64,000 nt of DNA from Amphiscolops sp. MND2022 (taxonomy: Eukaryota): positions 49,602,001-49,666,000 of the forward strand of contig OZ076413.1 in NCBI GenBank assembly GCA_964187785.1, written 5' to 3'. A program made the position numbers and the translations under genes. How positions within the stretch are numbered: the first letter of the stretch is position 1; every line of letters starts with the position of its first letter. Below are positions 13,544 to 27,900 of this stretch, in pieces. The notes beneath the pieces were generated by a model. The model had not been told where the DNA came from, searched no databases, and saw only the letters and a list, made by a program, of their open reading frames with translations.

Positions 13544-16500
13544 ATACGGCTGGTGCTGGAGTCGATCAAGAGCATAGGATCGGATGCCACCTTGGACTTC
13601 TACATGGAGTACATCTGGAGGGACGAACGCGAGCAGGACCAGAAGGTGTTCCTCTCTGGTCGCAAGACTGACACCTTCGCCTGGATCCCAGACATATACT
13701 TCTTACTTGCCAAACAAGTCAGCACCAAACATCCATCATTCTCGTTCAAATACAGTACTGTGATTAAGAAAACGTCCCCCGGGCGATTTTAGCCTCGATT
13801 TTCTCGAAATAGGTTGACAATTTTGAAAAACATCAGAGATAAAAGTTTCTTAGAATTTAATCTAGTTTATATTAGTGTTTATTAAATTTTTCTGGGACAA
13901 AAATTGAGAAAGTTACAAATGGCTGATTTTGAGCAAATTTGGTACTTTTTTCAGTTTTTATAATTTTTGACCGTTTTATCCACAATTGTTTTGGAAAGTT
14001 TTATGCTCAAACAACTCCCTCAAATCTACTGAATATATTGATGTATTTTGATTTCGAAATAGATCAACCGTTTCCGATTTATCAGGCTCAAAAGGTAAAA
14101 TGGACCATGTGATCTATTTCCCCCCCAAACTGCGACGGGGGGGGGGGAAATACAGTAGGTTCAAATACTAGTTTTAAACGAATTAATTATGTCGACATAA
14201 CATTTTAAATAGTCAAATACCATTATGTCGACATCGTTGCGTTGAAATTTTAGTCCAATAAAACAATTGATGTCGACATAATCATATCTTTTACATTGAT
14301 TGACAGTTAAAATCAATCATTATTTTTTGAAATGTGCTTCCAAACGGACATACTTCCATATTTACAAAACTACGATTTTTGCATTCAGCATTTAAAAAAT
14401 TTGGGTCTTTTGCCACGAAGTTTAAATTGTCCCATCTGCACAAATCGTCTGTTTTGGACAAGATATAAAAAAGTCAAAGATGGTAATTCATTCATTCAAT
14501 AATTAATATACTTGTGAAAAAGCCGTTTTCGTTTGGGGGGGGGAAATTCCTAACAAGGTGTACCTGAGGGGGAAATAGATCACATGATCCGGTAAAATTT
14601 CCTAAATTTACGTGAATTTCACTTGATGCGCCAATCAGAATTGAAAGTGAGACCAAATAAACGATTTTGATTGGTTGAGAACGTCATAGCGGGACGATTT
14701 CTTATTCACAGTACTGTAGAAATTGATTTATCCTGTGCCACCTTTGCTAGAACTCACTCAAAAGTTTTGAGGTTGTTTTTATTCACTTCATCAGAGAACA
14801 TTTAAGCAACATACACCAACAATAACTATACCCTGTCTTGAAACATGAAACAAAATCCAAATGTTGATGATCTCTCCCTGGTCGAGAAAAAATGCGTTCC
14901 TTGCAAGGATCTTGCAAGATCCTTGTAAAAATGCAATTACTTGTAAGATCTTGCAAGGAAATTTGTTCCTTGCAAGTTCTTGCAAGGAAATGTTTTCCTT
15001 GAAAGATCTTGCAAGGAAATTTTTTCCTTGAAAGATCTTGCAAGGAAATGTTTTCCTTGCAAGATTCTTGAGTTCAATGTACTTCATACTGAGAACTTAT
15101 GTTAACGTAGTCGTGATTTGAGAATAATGTCAAAAACGTTAATAACTATTATTTCGGAAGGGTAGTTTAACAAATTGAAAAATAATTTCAATCGAAGTAT
15201 TATGCACAGTCTAATTTCAAATCAATAACTGGTACATAACACAATTGATTGGAAAAAAATTTCAGAATACTCTGACACTGTATTTTAAATGTTGCGTCAC
15301 TGAAATGTACTACTACTTTTCAAATAACTTCACTAAGATCACACTTTTAGAGATATTTTCTAGAGTTTGCATCTTTTTGGTGGTTGAATCCTCTAGTAAG
15401 TAAACCTCGTTCTGTGACAGAATCTAATAGTCACGATGCAGTAGTCAACTTGAAGCCAAAAACTATGAAAAAAAAATATCGAGAACCCTCCACGAAGTTT
15501 TTCTCCTTGGAAGAATCTTGCAAGGAAATGTTTTTCCTTGCAAGATTCTTGCAAGATGTCTTGCAGAAAAATGCATTATCTTGCAAGACCTTGAAGGAAA
15601 ATCTTGCAAGATCCTTGCAAGGAACGCATTTTTTTCAACCAGGGCTGACTTAAAAGTGAGTGGGCTCAGTGGGTAATTAGAATTTTGACATACTTCATAA
15701 GTTGATTTTAGAACTAGGGTCAATAAAATTACCATTTCAAACTAAAGTGCAGATCTAATATAGGCATTTTTATTAGTAGCAACGTTTCATAATTTAGATC
15801 GATATATTTCCAAATTTATGCAAAAAGAAACTGGAAAGCATTTTAGGAAACTTTTGTTTCGATCACTGCGCGAAATGTTCAGTGAAGTTTTCGTGCGAAA
15901 CATTTATTGTCTGAAACATTTTTCACAACGAAAACACCGGATCTTTTGTCATTACGATACACATGCCGCAACGAACTAACAAGATCTCGCTAGTTTGATT
16001 AACAGTCAATAAAAGCGAGTTATTATTACGTGTTTTGCTTGTTACATTATGTGGTTTGACGTTAAGCGTAGTGATCAAAATGTAGTAAGTGGCTCCATTA
16101 TACTTTCTACAATTACGCATTCTGACTGGTTTCCACTTTCCACAGTCACATTAATTGTACGAGTGTCAGTTTTGAAAAATCTTAAGGAAAACGTTTTCTG
16201 AAAAAATGACATATTTTTTTATTGTTTTGCAATGATTTATTTAGTGTGGCTTAAAATCAAATCATAAGTCATAAAATTTTTCAAATAGTAGACCCCGAAA
16301 ACCTCCAAAACGTGGAGATTGCGTTGTAATCAAATCAAACTTTTGAATTTGGACAGTAAGTTTTATTTGCTTCAAAACTTCAGAATTTTTTTGTCGGTAT
16401 CTGTCAGTTTGATGGTCTTCTGTCAATTTCTGGAGGTAACATTTTTTGTTTGCTGAAATTAAGTGGACGTACTATACGTTGTTTGTATCGATTTTCAATT

Positions 16501-19500
16501 CAGCTACGTTTCAATTGTTCCAAAAGATAACCCGTCGTTTCTCAGAGTAACAGTTTCAATTTCTTTCCAGTATACAAAACTCATACAAAACCGCGAAGAG
16601 TCCGCCAGTGAATGACTTGTACATGATTCTGCAGAAAGTTCAAAACTTTTGGCATTGTTTCCTTACACAGTTACTATTTTACGATCTTAAAAATCTTTGG
16701 AAACCATCTTCTGGGTGGGGTTTAGGTACCTGTTATTTTGTGAAGACACGTTGACATGTTAGTTTAATTTGTGAATGTCAAGTTTAAACCTGTGAAGAGT
16801 TTGTTGAACGTTCAGACGAAAAAAAAGTTGTCACAAAATAATATCAAACAAGAGGCGCAAAGGCACTGTGATATTTTTTTACTTCTTGCAAATACGTTTT
16901 TAGAGTAATTTCAGACACCTTCCAGCCTCAATTGTTTTTTCTAAAATTATATCAGAATTTTTTAGACTCAAAAAGTCTCTACTGGTCTAAAAACTATTTA
17001 ATGAATTTTTGTTGTGTATGCATGCTATAACACAAAACGGTAATATCATTTTCCAAAAAAGTTCGACCCCCATCAGAGTCGAACCCCACACTTTTCCTTG
17101 GAAAAGTTAAAATTATATGGATACAATCTTAAAAAACCTGATTCCAATTTTTGCATTTTGCGACTGTGCTTCAGGGTTCAATAATTTACTACACATCATG
17201 GTTTCGAAACTCTACTCTTTTGTATACATAAAATTTACAGAATGCTGTCAAAATCACCACAACTTCAGAAATTGAAATACTTATTTGACAAATAATATAG
17301 CGTGACAAAAAAAATTGGAGCCAATTTGGCTGTTGAACCATCTTGACACTGGAACAATTTAACTCTTATAACGCGGATGAAACTAGATATAGGATGTCAA
17401 ACATTGTTAAAACACACATGACGTTTCTACGCAGACTTTGAGACGACGGTCATTACAGTCAAAATGCACGGACCAGAACACTAAAACTAATATCGTCATT
17501 TTGAAAAATTAGTGACATGACCATAGTTCAGGGATTGAAATTTGTTACTTTGTAGCATTCTACCAACCTAAATATATAATGTAAATATAAGATACATATC
17601 ACACTATCTAACTAAAAAACTATTGCATAAAACTCTTCACCACAAATTAACTCTGTTGCATCGAGTTTGGCTCATGTTGAAATGATCCGAATGCTCTTTT
17701 CCGAAAAAGCAAAAACTGTCACAATCATTCCAAAATTCCAAAATGGCCATTGAGCTTGTCTTCGAAAAAACAAGGTTTCAGGTTTCTATTCAAATGTCAA
17801 AAAAGCAATATTCAGAGCTCATGAATGCATGTTGATTTTCAGTTTTTCATAAGCCTAGCTCGCTTTGTCGTGAAAATTAGGAAAATGCCATGAAAAAATG
17901 GGGTGTTTTTTTGCTTTGTTCCTATTGACGCAGATTCCATGAGGTGATATTTGAGCGTCAACACGGTTTGATACTACTAGTAATCAGTTTCAGATAAAGA
18001 AAGTTTATCATTACCCGGGTTGATTTCCATACAAAAAGTTTGCCTGCAAATCCTCAAAAATGAAGCAATTTTTATCAACAACGTGAGAAACTAACCAACG
18101 TTACCAGTTTATGGCATCGAGTCAAGCACAAGTTGTTCTGGAAAGTGGGCATGGCTGTAACAAGCGAGTTATTGTTCAGGTAAAAAGAAAATGAACAGTT
18201 TTGTGACATCTTCAAAGTTTCGTTGTGTCGAGATTTTCAGAGTATTTTTTTTCGGTACCTGAAAAAAATGGGTTAATTTCCGGTTTTACCTTCAGCATAC
18301 ACAGCCTTCATTATCGTGGAGGTTTTGTGTGATTTGAGATAGATCATGATAGTTTTTAATCATGTAAGGAAGACAAGAAAGTCATAGTTTCTTGCAAGGA
18401 AAAGAGCCCGTCTATTACAGTGATTAGTTTTTTTGTCAGTCTCACTCTAAATGGTCCACTTTTTGTGCACGGTGTACTTTTACCGGTGTACCTAGTACCT
18501 TTGCACGGTGTACTTAGTACTTGAATTTTAAGCATCCGAAGCCTCTAATATCAAATACAAAACCATTCCAAAGCATAAAAGTCCCTTAATTCCATTTTTT
18601 GGCACTATTAAGCTTTTTTGGAAATGTTTTTTATTACATTAAAGGGTGCCTTTCAATTTTGCAACAGAATGGTTGTTAAAAAATCACAACGGGTCCTCTC
18701 TTACATTTTTTGGCACTATGAGACTGTTCAAAATTCTCATTTTTCGTCTGATATTAGGTTTTCTCAATATATATCCATCACTAATTTTTTTCAAACTTAT
18801 CTGAATTTTTTGACGTAATATCCGAAGTAAAGCGCTGTCTCCGAATTTTTGACGTTGTATCCGAACTATATTGACTTTGACTAAGGAGGAGGCAGAGGTT
18901 TGAAAATATTTGTCCCAGCATGCTATATCCGAACATGTGATTTTTTTTAAAAAAACGTCCTGAGCATATTTTAAAAATTGAGATTATCTATGACTGATTT
19001 TGGATGTTTGAGGTGACGTACATGGACAACACTCAGTACCTGTACATCAACAAAGGCTTCATGCTTTACGATCAGAAAATATCAGTCACCGTGCCTTGCA
19101 TTCCTCATCCCTTCAACTACCCCTTCGACCAAGGTTACATAACATGTCTCGCCTATCTTGTACTATTTTGGGGGTACGACTTGGGTCACTAAGTCAATGA
19201 GTACAAACATTCGAAGTAATTAAGCACAAAACATTGATTAAAAACCGTTTCTACGCGACCAAATGTTTTCAAAAACTCACCCACTAAGTTTGAAAAAATA
19301 CTAACCAACAGAACTTCAAGGAAAGCAGCAATGCAGCAGGTATCGTTCCTTTCCAAAAACTTTTGTGAAAAACTGAAAAAGTACTAGATTACATGATCAG
19401 ACGATACCCCGATGAAGCCAAAATCTGCATCGTTTTTGCCCATTTTTTAAACCATTTCCACTATTTCCCATTTTTGGGGAGGCAAATAACCTGGCGTCAG

Positions 19501-22500
19501 TTGGAAGCGTTTTTAATATTACTGCTGGTTTTTTGCAGTGACGTGTAAAGTGATCTTATCAAGTTACGGGTATGACGAGACGCAGCTCAACGTGTCTTGG
19601 AGGGGTCAGGGGGTAGCCTTCCCCGAGTCCTACGACGAGCTAGAGTACATAGGGTTCAGGTGGGCCAACGAAAACCCTATGCAAGTCTCCTCCGTGAGTG
19701 CCATCTTCTATTTGCGTTCATTCCAACATCACTAGATGTTCGTTTCTCTGAAATACATATTGAGAAAGGTGAACAATTTAAGAAAAGAATTCATGTTTTT
19801 GGTTGTATTTTCTTTTACCCTGGATCCAGTAGGAGATATACCTTTTGGTCATAGAAAACTTTTTGTGATATTGAACATATAGATCTAAAAAGTCTTCATT
19901 TTTTGATCCCACAGAACCCATTTTTTCGAACAATGGAACTTCATTGTAAATCAACTACAAAAAAGTAAGGATAAAATGTCAAAACAACGTAATTGTGATA
20001 AGGTTTGCAGTTTTTAGGCTTAAATTAGCATTTTATTTAGGAATACACGCCAAATTCACGGTGTGTGCGTTAGCCGACTACGTTATGCTAAATCGCAGCC
20101 TGCTTTTCAATGGCTTGCTGCTCGAGGAAATCGGGCTATTTGCCCAAGGATCCTCAAGTATTTTTTATCCCAGATATCTCAAGCAATTGTTGCCCAAGTT
20201 GAGATTGCCCAAATTATCAGACAGTTTTACTCCTGCTGTTTATACAGTGTACATGTGCGTGTTTAGAGTTCAGTACAGTACGGGAACCTGAACTACACAG
20301 TGCTGTATAGCTGCTTCAAATTCAACCGCCTGTACTCTGTTTACGTGCTGCAACTGTTCTTACCCGCCGCCCTGCTTGTCATCATCTCGTGGTCCTCCTT
20401 CTGGGTCAACATGGGTGCCACTCCAGGAAGAGCAGGCATAGGCGTTACCACTGTTAGTACAGTTGTCTAATCGGCTTATACAAATTATTCAATTTCATGC
20501 AACTGTTTTGGATCCGATGTTTATCAGCTTGTCTGTAAAAGGTTTGGAACGCCCTTTTATGAGTTTCAGCTTCCTTGGTGAATGTATCGGTTAATGTTTT
20601 ATTTTTTGGAATATTTAATTTTATAAAATTTTATTAAAAATTATTCCAAATCTAGTACTTACATATGATGATGATGACTGACTTTTTTGACTGACTATGT
20701 TGTAATTTTCACAGTCCCCAGAGATACCTTTTCCCGTCAAGGAGTTGAAAAGATTGACTTGAACTGAGAATATCAGTGTGAAATGATGAAATAAATACAC
20801 CCGTACCTCGGAATCTTCGCTTAAATTCCCCATCATTTTCATCTGCAATTTCCAAAAACTAAGTTTCAAAATGTTTTGGTGTCTTTATTGTAGAACGAAA
20901 AACACTGGAATGTCATAAAATCAGTTGGTAGAAAGATTCATTTCAGTAGTGAACAAAACGATAGCTCACCTTAAAAGAGTTTTAGTGGTAAGGCCATTGT
21001 CAACTTGCCCTAGTCGAACATGCCGCATTTATGCATGCAGGCCAACTTGTTATGAAACATAAAAAGTTCAGGGATTATGCATAGAAAAGTTTTGTGGATT
21101 TTGTGTAAATTTTTATCACTTCAGATTTTGACCCTGTTGACGTTGACGACTAACAGGAAGTTGGACATGGACTCGAAGTACCTGAGTCTGCACACTAACT
21201 TGCTGGACATTTACCTATGGACCTGTTTTCTCTACGTCATCATAGCTTTCCTCGAGTTCTCAGCCTCCGATCATCTCAAGGCCAGCGACAAAAAAATCAA
21301 GATATGCGGTGCCGTCATCACCGGGAAACGCATGAACGTCATCAGCAGGTATCAGGGGTGTCCCAAGGGTTTTCACATGCTCAAATAGTCATCTAACGTC
21401 TAAACTGAGTAATTTCTAGGATTCTCTTTGCAACCTCACTCGGTGAAACGAGACGAGAATAGTCCCCGCTCAAGACTCAAAAAGTCTCACCAAAATGCTC
21501 ATGGAAGTTTTTATGATATTCTCATGGATTTCAGATTGCCAAAAATTTGAAAGTCGTCCTTTATGCTCGACAAACCCTTTTCAATAAATTACCTTAAAAT
21601 CCAGATGGCAAAAAAAGTTTTCTCACACAATGTTGAAAAACCCAAAGGTGGATTCTTTAACCTCGAAAAACGTGTTCTCTCAACTCAAGTCAAAACAAGA
21701 AAAAAATTGAAAGATTGAAAAAACTTCGCATAGAGCCGAAAAATTTTAGTCCTGAGTAGGATTTAAACCCGCCACCTCCAAGCACTTTACCCACTAGGCC
21801 AATTGCCCCCAAGCGGCATGAACAAACTGTGTAAAAAAGAAGACCATCCTGTGTGAAGGGCGTGGTCTGACAAAAAATCTGACCGCTGTAAGAGTCGGGC
21901 ACTTTTTGTTACAAAAAGCGCCGACTAAAACTACGGTTAAGCTCATTGAACGCTTCACTGACTAGTGCAATGTCTTGAAACACTTTGATTTTTGGCTGTT
22001 TTCAAATGAAAAACTTTTGGCTTGTCACAGAAATAATTCCAACTCAATTGAAATTTCCATTGACAGAATCAAATTTTGATTTCAGTTTATAGTAGGATAG
22101 GGGTTAAAATCTTTAAAAAGATACATTCTGCTCTTGAAATCGGTAAAAAGCTGATCTAACTACTCACAAAAGTTTACTCACACTTCTTATAAATTAACGG
22201 TATCAAAATAACATGGCACGGAGAATAATTATCATTTGTTTGCAATTTCGATGATTTTAAAGTAAAGTTCTTTTGTGATACTCGATTAAAAAGGATAGTT
22301 TAATTCCATTAGAATCGTAAGAAAGGCACGCTTGCTGTCATGTTTCGAGGCATGAAAAACCCAAGTGTTGACAAGCGTCTTTTGGTCAGCAAAACTTAGT
22401 GATAGAAATCAACTGGTTCACACCCCTGTCAGGTACCTCTTTCCCGCCACTTTCTTTCTGTTCAATCTAATTTTCTGGGTATACGTCGCTTTCTTTCTGA

Positions 22501-22508
22501 CATCCTGA
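13544..22508 (+). CDS. Cys-loop ligand-gated ion channel subunit, anion-selective (GABA-A/GlyR/GluCl-like). Exons 13544-13717, 19013-19133, 19539-19693, 20267-20452, 21125-21348, 22433-22508; 5' exons not located.
   Basis: GT-AG introns with matching phases. Motifs: WRDER, WIPDIYF (loop A), Cys loop CIPHPFNYPFDQVTC (Cx13C), SSYGY, M1 LPAALLVIISWSSFW, ATPGR before M2 GIGVTTILTL, M3 DIYLWTCFLYVIIAFLEF, M4 SRYLFPATFFLFNLIFW, then TGA. Confidence 0.92.
13753..14716. mobile_element. MITE, CAGTACTGTGAT family (intronic), containing a nested element
   Basis: Same TIRs and body as 6427-7092, TA TSD. Confidence 0.8.
14102..14590 (+). mobile_element. Merlin/IS1595-type deletion derivative
   Basis: TIR GGACCATGTGATCTATTTCCCCC / GGGGGAAATAGATCACATGATCC; 8-bp TSD GGTAAAAT; internal remnant LGLLPRSLNCPICTNRLFWTRYKKVKDG resembles the Merlin N-terminal zinc ribbon. 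Confidence 0.7.
14876..15644. mobile_element. Non-autonomous EnSpm/CACTA-type element, 2-bp TSD CT
   Basis: CT|CCCTGGTCGAGAAAAAATGCGTTCC...GGAACGCATTTTTTTCAACCAGGG|CT; tandem CTTGCAAG subterminal repeats. Confidence 0.75.
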
Positions 22509-23396
22509 GACCGGAGAAGAAACCTGAAGCAATCTTTCCTTCGCCACATTGAATATAAATATGAATATATATTGTATTTCAACAGTCAATGCAGCCAACT
22601 GCTGCTGTTTTAGTTATTCAAGAACAATGAAATTTATTTATTTATGATTTAAGCAATTTTTTAATATCTAAAGAAACGCAAAAAAACTATGACCCAACTA
22701 ATTCTTTTTCAAATTATATCTTCTTAGACAACCATAGATATTAATATTTGACATGAAAAAAATCAGACTGAAAATCAAATTCTTAATCTGTCGTCAATTT
22801 ATTTTCAAAGAACTATTCACAACTTTCACACGTACTATTTGTGGTAAAATTAGAAGTTGAAAATTCCAGCCGGACAAAATTCAAAACTCAATATATGATA
22901 ACGGTTTCATCACGTTTTCTCGTGGAGGTAAAAACTTGGAGAAAAATTTCAATTCAATCCTAAAAGTAGTCAGTTTTTAAAAATATATAATAGCATCATC
23001 TAAAAAATATTCGCTTCAAAACTTTATCATGTCGCTGAAATGATTTAGAACTATTTTTAATTCGGCAAACTCGGCAAAAAAGTCTACTGAATGCGGAAAA
23101 TGAATATTTCTTTTCTTTATAGACAAGTTTTTGGTTAGATAATCTCGGAACTCACTCGAGAAAGCACGAACAAACCTTGTTAAAATTGAAACGCTTTCCG
23201 CTAATTATTTATCAGACGCGTGACTTTCAGTCAATCCCTGTTAAGTTTTCAACGTTCTTCGCTGAAGAAAATATCAACAAAGTAGTAAATTCTTACATCG
23301 AAAAAATGGCAACATAAAAATGTTTTGAAGGGTCCTTCAAATTAAAAACATCGTTTTCTTGCCATTTTGGTTTGAAGAGATTTGTTCACATTTTCA

Positions 23397-23784
23397 TTTT
23401 TGACTTGGTGATGAAGTGTAACACATTTCTCGCGAATATAATTTTAGGCAGAACCAGCAGCTTCATATTGAAAAACAGCTTGATCATAGAAATTTTACAA
23501 ATATATGAACCAACAAAACGGAACTCATGAATATTCTCAAGCTTTGTAATCTCAAACGTTTGTCCATGGCAAGCAAAAAAATTGCAGTGTTGAAAATTTT
23601 TTTGGAACGTTTGTGGACAAACGTTTGAGATTACAAAGCTTGAGAATATTCATGAGTTCCGTTTTGTTGGTTCATATATTTGTAAAATTTCTATGATCAA
23701 GCTGTTTTTCAATATGAAGCTGCTGGTTCTGCCTAAAATTATATTCGCGAGAAATGTGTTACACTTCATCACCAAGTCAAAAAT
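23397..23784. repeat. Long near-perfect inverted repeat (~170-bp arms, ~45-bp spacer)
   Basis: 23397-23566 is the reverse complement of ~23613-23784. Confidence 0.9.
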
Positions 23785-23931
23785 AAGAATGCATTCATTC
23801 AAATTTTCAAAAAGTTTCTTCGGAGCGAAATAACTTTCAAAACACCAAAAGTGAGAACGAATTGACTGTCGGAGAATGGTAAATTTTTTCCGAAGGTTCG
23901 AACCATCCCTAATTGGAACTGTGATTAGGTA

Positions 23932-24229
23932 ATGGAAGTTGTGTTTTGCAAACTTGACAAAACTGAATTTTTAGAGGTTTTTTTTACAAACATTACTATT
24001 TCGAAGAGTAAAAGAATGGGCTTAAATCTGAAGGTGAGTATCATTGTGATATATGTTAGACTGTGCTCCGTTGTTAATGATTCACTCTCGAGTTTAGTGT
24101 TCTCCGGGAATTCCGAACGTTGTTTGAAATGCTCCGAATATAGACCGATATTAGTTTTAACAGTTCTCAGCAAACGTTTCGAACGAGTAGTTTATGAAAG
24201 AATATGTCAATTCATGCAAGCAAATAATT
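23932..24229 (+). pseudogene. Non-LTR retrotransposon (LINE) reverse-transcriptase fragment, truncated by an LTR insertion
   Basis: EYRPILVLTVLSKRFERVVY...F...NNL matches the YRPIS..P..SK.FE motif at the start of LINE RT. It ends exactly at the LTR start. Confidence 0.75.
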
Positions 24230-24950
24230 TGTAACGACAAGCTCTCACCAGGTCGTCATTTCGTCATAGTGTGGTGAAGGTACCCGGGACAGGCTCCCAT
24301 GACCATAGGCCCATTTTGCCTCTTTGGGGTAAATGTTGTCCCGTCAGAGGAGGATTCCGCCTCGTGTGGAGCACTCGCTTACTTGTTCCAGTCTGTAATT
24401 ACTATCAGCAGTGCGAATTACACTTTTTCATTGAAATTACCACTCAGAAAGCCTTTAAAAAAATGGACGGTGACAACGATAAATTCTCATTCAAGGTTTT
24501 TGTGAAATCAGTAGCTCACGAGCTAAACATTTCAATATATTGGTGTTTTGACGGCAATTTACTGCACTAGTCACATGACGATGTGACAATCAAAGGGTAC
24601 ACAAGCACAGATGCTTGTTTAAACGATTACAAGACGCATTTCCAGTCTTTGCAACATTAACTAGCAACATGCCAAAAAAAGCGCGATAAGACGACGAAAA
24701 GAGTCTCTTTAATTGTAGAGTTTGAGTTAATTTCTGCGTTTTGTCAGCACACAATCTTTTTCGTTCTTTTCGCAAGGTGGTCTCTGCCTCTTTTTGCCGT
24801 TCTGGCCCTTTTCAATTCGTCTGGTAGGTCTTGGATAAAGACACGGAGTCTTTCAGCGGAATACGACAAACTCGCCAAATTCTAGTTCCCAGTTCAGTGC
24901 TTGAACGAAATTTTCTTTCGAAAATTTGTCGATGAGAGGTCGTCGTTACA
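24230..24950 (-). repeat. 3' LTR of the minus-strand gypsy element
   Basis: TGTAACGAC...GTCGTTACA inverted ends; a purine-rich PPT-like tract lies immediately upstream on the minus strand (from 24951). Confidence 0.7.
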
Positions 24951-27900
24951 TCACTCCCGGGGTTAATCCTTGACGTCCCCGTCAAGTGGGCGGTGAGTAG
25001 TCCAGGAGACTGAGACCAGAACGTCATCGTCATTGGTTGCTGTTCATCATTGCTTGGGCCACCATACCAGAATCCACGCGGGATTTGCTCGAGGAAGAAC
25101 ATTAATTCTTATACAACTTTTTACACTGCAACTTGATATTGCCTATCTTGAGCAAGCTAGGCAGGTAAAATATCTTTTCGGTCTCATTGGAAAAAAATTT
25201 TTGTGACCGTTGTTCAGTTGAAATTTCTTTTGCCGACACAAGACATTGGTTAAATATCTTTTCAGAAGCTCGAAAGTTTCTCACTGCTCGGTTAAAAAAG
25301 ATTGTGAGCAGTTGCCCTAAAAACAGTTTATAGTCGATTAAAACATCTTTTGTGAGACTCCTCGTCGTCGCCTGTAACTCAAAAAAACTTTCGTTCGTAG
25401 TTACTATTTTCATTGATTTTTCGTTTGTTTATTGTTCCTTAGTTTCTTTTTCATAACAAGGCATTTTAACTAGGCAAGACTATTCAGCTAAATTTGCTCA
25501 TTTAGCACCAACGATTAACACTGAGCTGTAAGCTAAACGCGAAACATTAACGTAAACTGCAAAATTTCATTGCTGTAATAAACGTCGTGGTAATAATGCA
25601 CTGTTTGACTAGTCTACCTGGCGTAAAGGAAAGCGAAGCCCTCGGGCTTCGCTTCCATTGATAGTTCGTACTGCACCAATCAAATTATTGAGTCGTGTAA
25701 AATCATGGAGCCGCCTAGTTGTGCCACTCCTTTTGATGGTTGTTTCCTTCTTCTCTCACATCTCACATCATCCAAGGATGCCCTTCTTTCACGTTGGGTT
25801 TGTTCGTCCCTCTCAGTTTGTTCCATTTCGGAAGTGACTGCGCCTTCCGGTGTGTGGAGACCATCATCATCCTATAAGTTTACTATAGACGTGGAGTCAG
25901 TGGTTCAGGAGAGTGTTCTCCTCTTATTTCTTGTCCTTGACTTCTTGCTTCCTGTGACGGTTCTTGCTTCCTATGTGGCTTCTATTGAGTTATCATCGGC
26001 AGTGGCTGCTGGAATTGCCACATCTAGTTGCACTTGAACTGCATTGGGAGGCTTCGCTTGGATTGTGCGCGCCGTTATGCTCCTTTTTTGTTCGGCATTG
26101 ACTTTAGTTCGCAAGTCACGTCTGTTACAGGGACGGCAGTCTCTAGACTAGCATTCTTTGCTCTGCTGTTCAATCACTTGACGGGACGATCCCATTCGTG
26201 TCCCAGGGGTTCACTCAAGAGTTCCATTACGTTGTAACGCGTTTCTGTGGGCATGTCGTTGTCCATGGTCACCCTCGCTTCCGGGTTCTATACTGGTGCA
26301 ACTTCAGGTGGTACCCCCTTCCATCTCAATCTTCCTCATCTATCCTCCAGAGTGCGTGACATCCAGACTCCCAGTTTGTAGTGGTCACAGTAGCAAAATT
26401 GCTCGTTAAATCCCCGTTCAACCAAGCTGACGGGTTTAGCCCCGGAAAGTCCGATTGCCGCTCGCCAAAACTGTGCCGAAATCTTGATCATATCAAAGGC
26501 ATGTTCGCTGTTGAGATCACCACCTAGAGCTCGCACGCTCTCATTTAGATATGTTCGGATACTGTTTACACTCCAGTTGTAACGGATTGGCATTCTCGAA
26601 GCGTCGAGTGGTGAACCATACCAATTCACAGGTCCATACTCACGCGGCAAGGCACATGCTTTCTTCGTTCTGGTGCCCAGGATTCCCATCAAATTTTCAT
26701 CTTGTTGGATTTAAGCCTTTATTGTGGTATACATTCTGGGCACCAGCATGAATAGCCCGTGATTCCACATTTACTGGTAATCATGAGGCTTCTTGTTCTT
26801 CAGAAATGTTAGGATAGAGGTGCTCAGGGTTTCGGAGGCCAAACGTAAGGGTTTCTTCGGATATCTGAGGATTTCTATCGCACTGTAAATGGGGGTTAGC
26901 ACGGGTGCTAACACTGGTATCAGGTCCTCGACTTCTGACAAGGTAAAGTTGGCCAGCTGATTCGGTGTCAGAAAACCTGCAACTTCAGATGTTCGCTGCC
27001 TGCCATCGTACAGGGGCTGAGTTGAGTCAATACCCACGAACACGCCAGATAAATACACTAAAGTACAATAGATCCAATGCCACAAAGACAGTTTCATTAC
27101 TCCTAGCTGTCCTGGATGTCCTTGGGCATCCTTCATTTCCAGTATTTCAGCGAATGCAAGAAGCCCTTTCATGTTTTCTCTTGCCATCACGAGATTTGAG
27201 AAGAAATGTTCCAGGCTGCATTTCAATAACAGTTCTGCTAGTATCATCATTGGTCCGGCCACACATCTCTGTTGACCGAAGGTCAACATCAGCGCCAACA
27301 CTTCATTGATGCTCATTTCCCCAATCGTTTCACTCATGTTTATGATTACGCTTTCATCAAGTCCGAGTTCCACCTGGATGACGTCTGGGCTCCAACCGAG
27401 GCCAAGACACCAGGCAAATTGGTCCGTAGTGAGACCCAGCTCTTTTGCAACTTCGGCAATCTTGATCGCACGCAGTCGTTGATACCGAGCATCATTGGTG
27501 GTATTACACGCGGGGTTTCTGCATATGTCTCGCAAGTAAGCTTGGCCGCGATATACTTCATTACAAGCGACATCTTTGTCAAACAGATATCTGTGGCGAA
27601 TTTCACTCTCGGTATCGCCCGCTCAACTTCACGGACTTCCGATACTTTTCCCATCTGTGCAGTCAATTCGGCTAGGTCGGTTTTTATGGATGTCTTGTTA
27701 CCTCGCTCCATCCAGTTGTGCAGTCTAATTGCTTCACATTCAGCAGTTGTTGGCTCTGGGAGTCTTCGTTCTCCTTCGGTGTCAAACATCAGTATTGCCA
27801 TTCTGGTGCCGTGGTCAAAATAAATAGCATCATCCAGGGTCAATTGCGAATTTCCCGTGGTTTCTACTGATTGAAGGATTTTGGAGACTGATGCAATATA

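Noticed and set aside
14783..15735. ORFs with repeated LARSCK/CKILQG peptides
   Set aside because: Translations of CTTGCAAG tandem repeats inside a MITE.
25631..25654. GC-rich hairpin AAGCGAAGCCC-TC-GGGCTTCGCTT as a terminator
   Set aside because: Eukaryotic retroelement 3' region with no U-tract; function cannot be supported.
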